A stretch of 64,000 nucleotides of DNA from Bacillota bacterium (GTDB lineage Bacteria; Bacillota; Limnochordia; Darwinibacteriales; Darwinibacteriaceae). The stretch covers positions 12,285 through 76,284 of the forward strand of contig JAKOTU010000090.1 in NCBI GenBank assembly GCA_029776155.1. The letters run 5' to 3'. Below the pieces are notes generated by a model. The model was not told the origin of the DNA, did no database searches, and saw nothing but the letters and a program-made list of their open reading frames with translations. Positions 60,003-64,000 of this stretch are shown here, in pieces (position 1 is the stretch's first letter; each line of letters opens with the position of its first letter). The position numbers and the translations under genes are program-made.

Positions 60003-60490
60003 TGCTCTCTCCTCCCCCAATTATGGGCATTATAGCCGTGACAGATGCAGATGGCCAGAGCATCGGTGACATCATCGGGCTGGGGCGTGCTGTCCAGACC
60101 CAAAAGCATACGCACCATGTACGCCACCTGTTCTTTAGCTGCGCGGCCGTAACCGGTCACGGCAGTCTTGACCTGCAGCGGAGTATACTCATGTACAGGC
60201 AATCCCGCGTGGGAAGCGGCTAAAATGGCCACACCCCTGGCTTGTCCCACCGCCAAGGCGGTAGCTGAGTTCTTATTAAAAAAGAGCTCTTCCACTGCCA
60301 GACAATGGGGGTGAAACTCCGCAATCAGCCTGCTGAGCTCTTGGTAGATAGTGTCTAAGCGCCGGGCGGTCTCCTCTCCAGCCGCAGTGCGGATGGCCCC
60401 ATACCCCAGCACAGTATGGCGGTTGTGCTCTATGCGCACCACCCCGAAGCCTGTAATGGCCAATCCGGGGTCAACTCCTAGAATAATCAC
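59999..60490 (-). CDS. ruvC: crossover junction endodeoxyribonuclease RuvC
   Basis: 163 aa with MIILGVDPG at the N-terminus and catalytic acidic residues in the conserved pattern. Confidence 0.92.
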   Translation of the reverse strand: MIILGVDPGLAITGFGVVRIEHNRHTVLGYGAIRTAAGEETARRLDTIYQELSRLIAEFHPHCLAVEELFFNKNSATALAVGQARGVAILAASHAGLPVHEYTPLQVKTAVTGYGRAAKEQVAYMVRMLLGLDSTPQPDDVTDALAICICHGYNAHNWGRREQ

Positions 60491-60552
60491 CGCTGTACAC
60501 CTCGTCCCTTCTATTCTACATCCAGCCCAGCAAGTCCTTGCCTCAGCCGGGG

Positions 60553-60588
60553 CAAAAAAGGAACCTCAAGCACTAGGCTCGAGGTCCC
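60553..60588 (-). terminator. intrinsic terminator after the yebC-small ORF unit
   Basis: On the minus strand, GGGACCTCGAGC-ctagt-GCTTGAGGTTCC forms a 12-bp stem with two G-U pairs, followed by TTTTTT. Confidence 0.6.
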
Positions 60589-60594
60589 TCGGCG

Positions 60595-60702
60595 TTACGC
60601 AGCCAAAGTGGCGACAACCGGCGGAAAAAACCTTTGAGAGAGGATAAACCCCAAGATAAAGAAGACTATGGCCAGCAGAACTAGGAAAACCACCCGGCGC
60701 AT
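60595..60702 (-). CDS. possible 35-aa hydrophobic peptide
   Basis: MRRVVFLVLLAIVFFILGFILSQRFFPPVVATLAA. The ATG is preceded by AAGGAGGGGAG with a 5-nt spacer, and a terminator follows. It falls below the ORF-track length cut-off. Confidence 0.35.
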   Translation of the reverse strand: MRRVVFLVLLAIVFFILGFILSQRFFPPVVATLAA

Positions 60703-60756
60703 ATACTCCCCTCCTTAGAGAGAAGTATGCCCCGTGGCTTGGAAATTATTCCCTAA

Positions 60757-61482
60757 TCATTGCACCTCGTAGTTGGCATAGACCTCCTGTACCTCGTCCA
60801 GTTCCTCCAAAAGCTCAATCAGTCTTTCCACCTTCTCGGCCTGTTCCTGGTTGATCTGAACCGTGTTCTGGGGGATAAAGCTGATTTCAGCACCAACAAA
60901 GGCCAGGCCCTGACCTTCCAGCGCCTCTTTAATGCGGATGAACTCGCTGGGGTCCGTATGGATCTCCATCACATCTCCATCTACCACCACATCTTCTGCA
61001 CCCGCTTCCAAGGCCAGAAGCATCACTTCATCCTCATCAACATCTGCCCCCCGTTCGATGACCAGCAGACCTCTGCGCTCGAACATCCAGGCCACACAGC
61101 CGCTTTCCCCCAGATTACCACCGAACTTGGAAAAGCGGTGACGCAGCTCACCGGCGGTGCGGTTGCGGTTGTCCGTCAGGGTATGCAGCAGAATAGCCAC
61201 CCCGTTGGGGCCGTAACCCTCGTAGAACACCTCCGAGTAGGACACTCCTTCCAGGCCTCCCACTGCCCGCTGGATCGCCCGTTCGATGTTATCGTTGGGC
61301 ATGTTGATGGAGCGGGCCTCGTCGATGGCCAATCGCAACCTCACGTTGGTCGCTGGATCAGGGCCTCCCTCTTTTGCGGCCACGGTAATCTTTCTAGCCA
61401 CCTTGGTGAACATCTGGCCGCGTTTGGCGTCTTCTTTGGCCTTCTTGTGCTTGATATTGGCCCATTTGGAATGTCCTGCCAT
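60757..61482 (-). CDS. yebC: YebC/PmpR-family transcriptional regulator
   Basis: 241 aa with MAGHSKWANIKHKK at the N-terminus. It sits in the typical position upstream of ruvC. Confidence 0.95.
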   Translation of the reverse strand: MAGHSKWANIKHKKAKEDAKRGQMFTKVARKITVAAKEGGPDPATNVRLRLAIDEARSINMPNDNIERAIQRAVGGLEGVSYSEVFYEGYGPNGVAILLHTLTDNRNRTAGELRHRFSKFGGNLGESGCVAWMFERRGLLVIERGADVDEDEVMLLALEAGAEDVVVDGDVMEIHTDPSEFIRIKEALEGQGLAFVGAEISFIPQNTVQINQEQAEKVERLIELLEELDEVQEVYANYEVQ

Positions 61483-61537
61483 AGTGTCACTTCCTTTCCG
61501 CCCCTATTTTAGCACAGGCGCCCAGCCGAGACAAGAA

Positions 61538-62197
61538 CTAGCTCCTGGGCCGCAGTCTGGCTGCCCTGCCCATAGCCGCGAAGAGCAGGTACTGCAGACC
61601 GGCAAGGAGCGGCACTACCAAAAACGGAGAGGCGGTTTGGGTGATCAGCAAAAAATCGTAGAAACCGTGGGCGGCTGCCGCCGCGGCTAGACCCTTTCCG
61701 ATGGTAGTCCACGGCTTCGGGCTAAAACGGGCCAGGCCTAGATAATAGCCGGCCAAGCCTGAAAAAGAGATATGGGCCAGGGCAGCCACTGTCCCCCGCA
61801 GGGGTGCCGCCGCTAGCCCAAAGGCGGCAATGTAGAGCACGTTCTCCACAACGGCAAAGCCGATGCCTCCCGCAATGGCATAAATAATGCCGTCCATGGG
61901 CTCGCTGAACTCACCAGCCCGGGCTAGAGCTACCAGCAGGGCAAGCAGCTTAAACAGCTCCTCGCCCAAACCCACCACGAGAAATGAGAGGGCCAGCTGC
62001 CGCGGTACTGCTTGGACACTCTGCAGCTGCTCCCGGAAGGGGGCTTCCCAGACCAGTGCGGGAAGGACCGCCAGCGCGCCCAGGAGCAAACACCAGATCA
62101 GCCGCGCCGGCGGTTCTTGATCCCCCGTATCATAACGTTTGAAATACCACAGCCAAAACAGTCCGGGCAGCAGCGAAGCGAGGAGTACGGCCAGCAC
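61538..62197 (-). CDS. PrsW-family intramembrane metalloprotease
   Basis: 219 aa, polytopic, with EELFK (GLGEELFKLL) and HxxxD-type (AAHGFYDFL) motifs characteristic of PrsW/PF13367. GTG start. Confidence 0.72.
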   Translation of the reverse strand: MLAVLLASLLPGLFWLWYFKRYDTGDQEPPARLIWCLLLGALAVLPALVWEAPFREQLQSVQAVPRQLALSFLVVGLGEELFKLLALLVALARAGEFSEPMDGIIYAIAGGIGFAVVENVLYIAAFGLAAAPLRGTVAALAHISFSGLAGYYLGLARFSPKPWTTIGKGLAAAAAAHGFYDFLLITQTASPFLVVPLLAGLQYLLFAAMGRAARLRPRS

Positions 62198-62208
62198 TTC
62201 TCCGGCCC

Positions 62209-62379
62209 TCAGATCTCATCACTCGGATCATAGTCCCACACCAAAAGCCTTTCACCATGGTCCCAATACACTGCCTGCTCCACCTGGCACGCCCCGCAGC
62301 GGTACAGATCCGCGTAGGCTTCTTGATCATCGGGGGTGACCCGTTCCATGGGCTGGTTGCAAAATGGACATGTGGGCAT
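62209..62379 (-). CDS. possible 56-aa zinc-ribbon protein
   Basis: MPTCPFCNQPMERV...YRCGACQVEQ carries two CxxC pairs. ATG 62379 is preceded by GGGAGGTGAG. The ORF ends 11 nt before the PrsW-family start. It is not in the ORF track (<60 aa). Confidence 0.45.
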   Translation of the reverse strand: MPTCPFCNQPMERVTPDDQEAYADLYRCGACQVEQAVYWDHGERLLVWDYDPSDEI

Positions 62380-62498
62380 ACACTCACCTCCCTAGTAGCA
62401 TGCGCCGCACAGCGCCATTTATGATCCCATGGTGTGCAGGAGAAATCAGCCATTTCTAGAACTATGGACTAAAATATAATACTGTGAGGAGGTAGATC

Positions 62499-62888
62499 AT
62501 GAAACTCGGTGAGGTATTGCGCAGCGGCGATTGGAAAAGTGAAAAGCACGTGCCGGTAATCGCTGCCCCGGACAGCGTGGCCGCGGACGAACCTGTGGAG
62601 ATAAAGGTCAGCATCGGTGAGGAAATACCCCATCCCAACACAGCTGAACACCACATTCGCTGGATCAAGCTGCTGTTTCAACCCAAAGAAGGATTCACCT
62701 TTGAACTAGCAGATGTCCAGTTTGCAGCTCATGGAGAAGGACTGAAAGGCCCGCAGGAGGGGCCGTGCTGGACCGATCCCCAGGCTGCAGTAACGGTGCG
62801 TTTGAGGCAGAGCGGCACCCTCATTGCCCTCAGTTACTGCAACATCCACGGACTGTGGGAGAGCTCCAAGGAAATTGAAGTGAAGTAA
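62499..62888 (+). CDS. superoxide reductase (neelaredoxin / 1Fe-SOR type)
   Basis: 129 aa with KHVPVI, HPNTAEHHIRWI and CNIHGLW, which are the iron ligands. There is no N-terminal desulforedoxin domain. TATAAT lies at 62475-62480, and a GAGGAGG SD is present. Confidence 0.88.
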   Translation: MKLGEVLRSGDWKSEKHVPVIAAPDSVAADEPVEIKVSIGEEIPHPNTAEHHIRWIKLLFQPKEGFTFELADVQFAAHGEGLKGPQEGPCWTDPQAAVTVRLRQSGTLIALSYCNIHGLWESSKEIEVK

Positions 62889-63008
62889 AAAGAAAGGGGC
62901 TGTTGCATTCTGCACGGCCCCTATCCTGTTTTCTTCCCAGCCAAGGGAAGCAAAAGGGGCACTGCTCCCTACTCAACTGAGTAGTTCTGCAGCGCCCCCT
63001 TCACCTAT

Positions 63009-63620
63009 CTATTGCCCCATCCCCTGCTTGATCCACTTGGCCACGGTCACGGTTCGTTTGGCCTGATGCTTCACGGCAGCTTCCACATCTTCGATCATCT
63101 TTCCATCTTGGCCCACGGTTACGCTGGTACCATAGGGGTTCCCGCCGCCGGCGAAAATGGACTGGTCTGTGTAGCCCGGTGCCACCACGATGGCTCCCCA
63201 ATGGTACATGTTCGTATAAAGCGAAAGGATTGTGGCCTCTTGCCCTCCATGGGGGTTTTGGGCCGAGCTCATGGCACTTACCACTTTGTTCACTAGTTTG
63301 CCGCGTGCCCATAATCCGCCAGTGGTATCCAAGAACTGGCGCATCTGGGAAGCCATGTTACCGAAACGGGTGGGCACGCTGAAGATGATGGCATCAGCCC
63401 ATTCCAAATCGGCCATGGAGACTTCAGGTACATCACGGGTTGCCTCATAATGGGCCTTCCAAGCGGGATTGGATTCAATGGCCGCTTGGGGAGCGTTCTC
63501 CGGTACTTTGAGCACTCTAACTTCCGCGCCTAGTTCCTCGGCCCCTTCTTTAGCCCATTGAGCCAACTGATAGTTGGTGCCGGTGGAACTGTAGTAGATC
63601 ACGGCGAGCTTCACTGACAT
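63009..63620 (-). CDS. wrbA: NAD(P)H:quinone oxidoreductase WrbA (flavodoxin-like)
   Basis: KLAVIYYSSTGTNYQLA at the N-terminus and a WrbA-type insertion. ATG 63620 follows GGGAGTGA. Confidence 0.85.
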   Translation of the reverse strand: MSVKLAVIYYSSTGTNYQLAQWAKEGAEELGAEVRVLKVPENAPQAAIESNPAWKAHYEATRDVPEVSMADLEWADAIIFSVPTRFGNMASQMRQFLDTTGGLWARGKLVNKVVSAMSSAQNPHGGQEATILSLYTNMYHWGAIVVAPGYTDQSIFAGGGNPYGTSVTVGQDGKMIEDVEAAVKHQAKRTVTVAKWIKQGMGQ

Positions 63621-63683
63621 ACCAGTCACTCCCATCTTTTGGTTATGTATCTAAATGATAACACAAACTATTTGCGCCTGCAA

Positions 63684-64000
63684 CTAGTCCCGCCGGGCCG
63701 CTTCTTCCAGAAGGGCTAGAATCTTCGCCGTTCCATCCTTGATGGGAGAGGCCGCCATAGCCGCCACAAATCGCTCCCGCTTTATCTGGAGCTCAGCCAA
63801 ACGCTCCAGGAGCACCTCTCCAGTCAGCTCCTCTTCCTGGATCACCAGACTATACCCCTGGTTGGCAAAGGACGCCGCGTTGAGGATCTGGTCGCCCCTG
63901 CTGGCCTGTCTGGAAAGGGGAACCAGGATGTTGGGCTTAGCCAGGGACACTAGTTCCACGATGCTGTTGGCTCCTGCCCGGGAGAGCACCAGATCCGCCG
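63684..64000 (-). CDS. murG: MurG glycosyltransferase, C-terminal part (gene runs off the right edge)
   Basis: The translation SRAGANSIVELVSLAKPNILVP...DQILNA matches the conserved C-terminal block of MurG. The frame stays open to position 64000. Confidence 0.8.
   Translation of the reverse strand, partial: ADLVLSRAGANSIVELVSLAKPNILVPLSRQASRGDQILNAASFANQGYSLVIQEEELTGEVLLERLAELQIKRERFVAAMAASPIKDGTAKILALLEEAARRD

Noticed and set aside
62130-62453. A 107-aa ORF from the track that overlaps the PrsW start and the upstream spacer.
   Set aside because: It has no ribosome-binding site and its translation is W/R/C-rich. A different frame holds a 56-aa zinc-ribbon ORF with a strong SD that explains the region better.

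Overview
This 64-kb window is a dense stretch of core genome from a GC-rich, endospore-forming Firmicute; GC content was judged by eye, not computed. The gene content looks Clostridia-like: spoVS, spoIIP, spoIIR, sigG, spoIIGA-sigE, and SpoVD/SpoVE-type division genes. I can support about 67 protein-coding genes, of which roughly four fifths are on the minus strand. I can also support one tRNA (anticodon CAT), RNase P RNA, and a set of promoters, operators and intrinsic terminators.

The main blocks, from left to right, are:
- dipeptidase, spoVS, ymdB, rny, recX-recA, cinA
- an FtsH-like protease, pgsA and rimO
- an F-type ATP synthase operon that stops after atpH
- a peptide-type ABC importer with no ATPase genes
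- an SNF2 helicase with a YqhG-like partner
- murC, spoIIP, hslO, a RodZ-like gene, ftsK, nrdR, ylmC
- spoIIR-sigG lying divergent to spoIIGA-sigE
- a trimmed dcw cluster running from mraZ to ftsZ
- rnpB, the tRNA, and rpoD-dnaG-dgt-ppdK
- glyQS, recO-ruvBAC, yebC, a PrsW-family protease, superoxide reductase, wrbA and a partial murG

I see no transposase, integrase, CRISPR array, toxin-antitoxin pair or recognisable defence island. I cannot point to a convincing novel multi-gene system.

The observations most worth a second look are:
- the truncated atp operon, which lies head-on to the dominant gene orientation and encodes a c subunit with a Na+-type ion-site signature
- the compact sigma-E activation cluster, with spoIIR fused behind sigG and spoIIGA-sigE inverted relative to the usual order
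- two genes that appear to need non-canonical start codons
- several translationally coupled genes of unknown function
- a few structured or repeat-bearing intergenic regions

All calls come from reading the translations and the sequence by eye. No database search was run.
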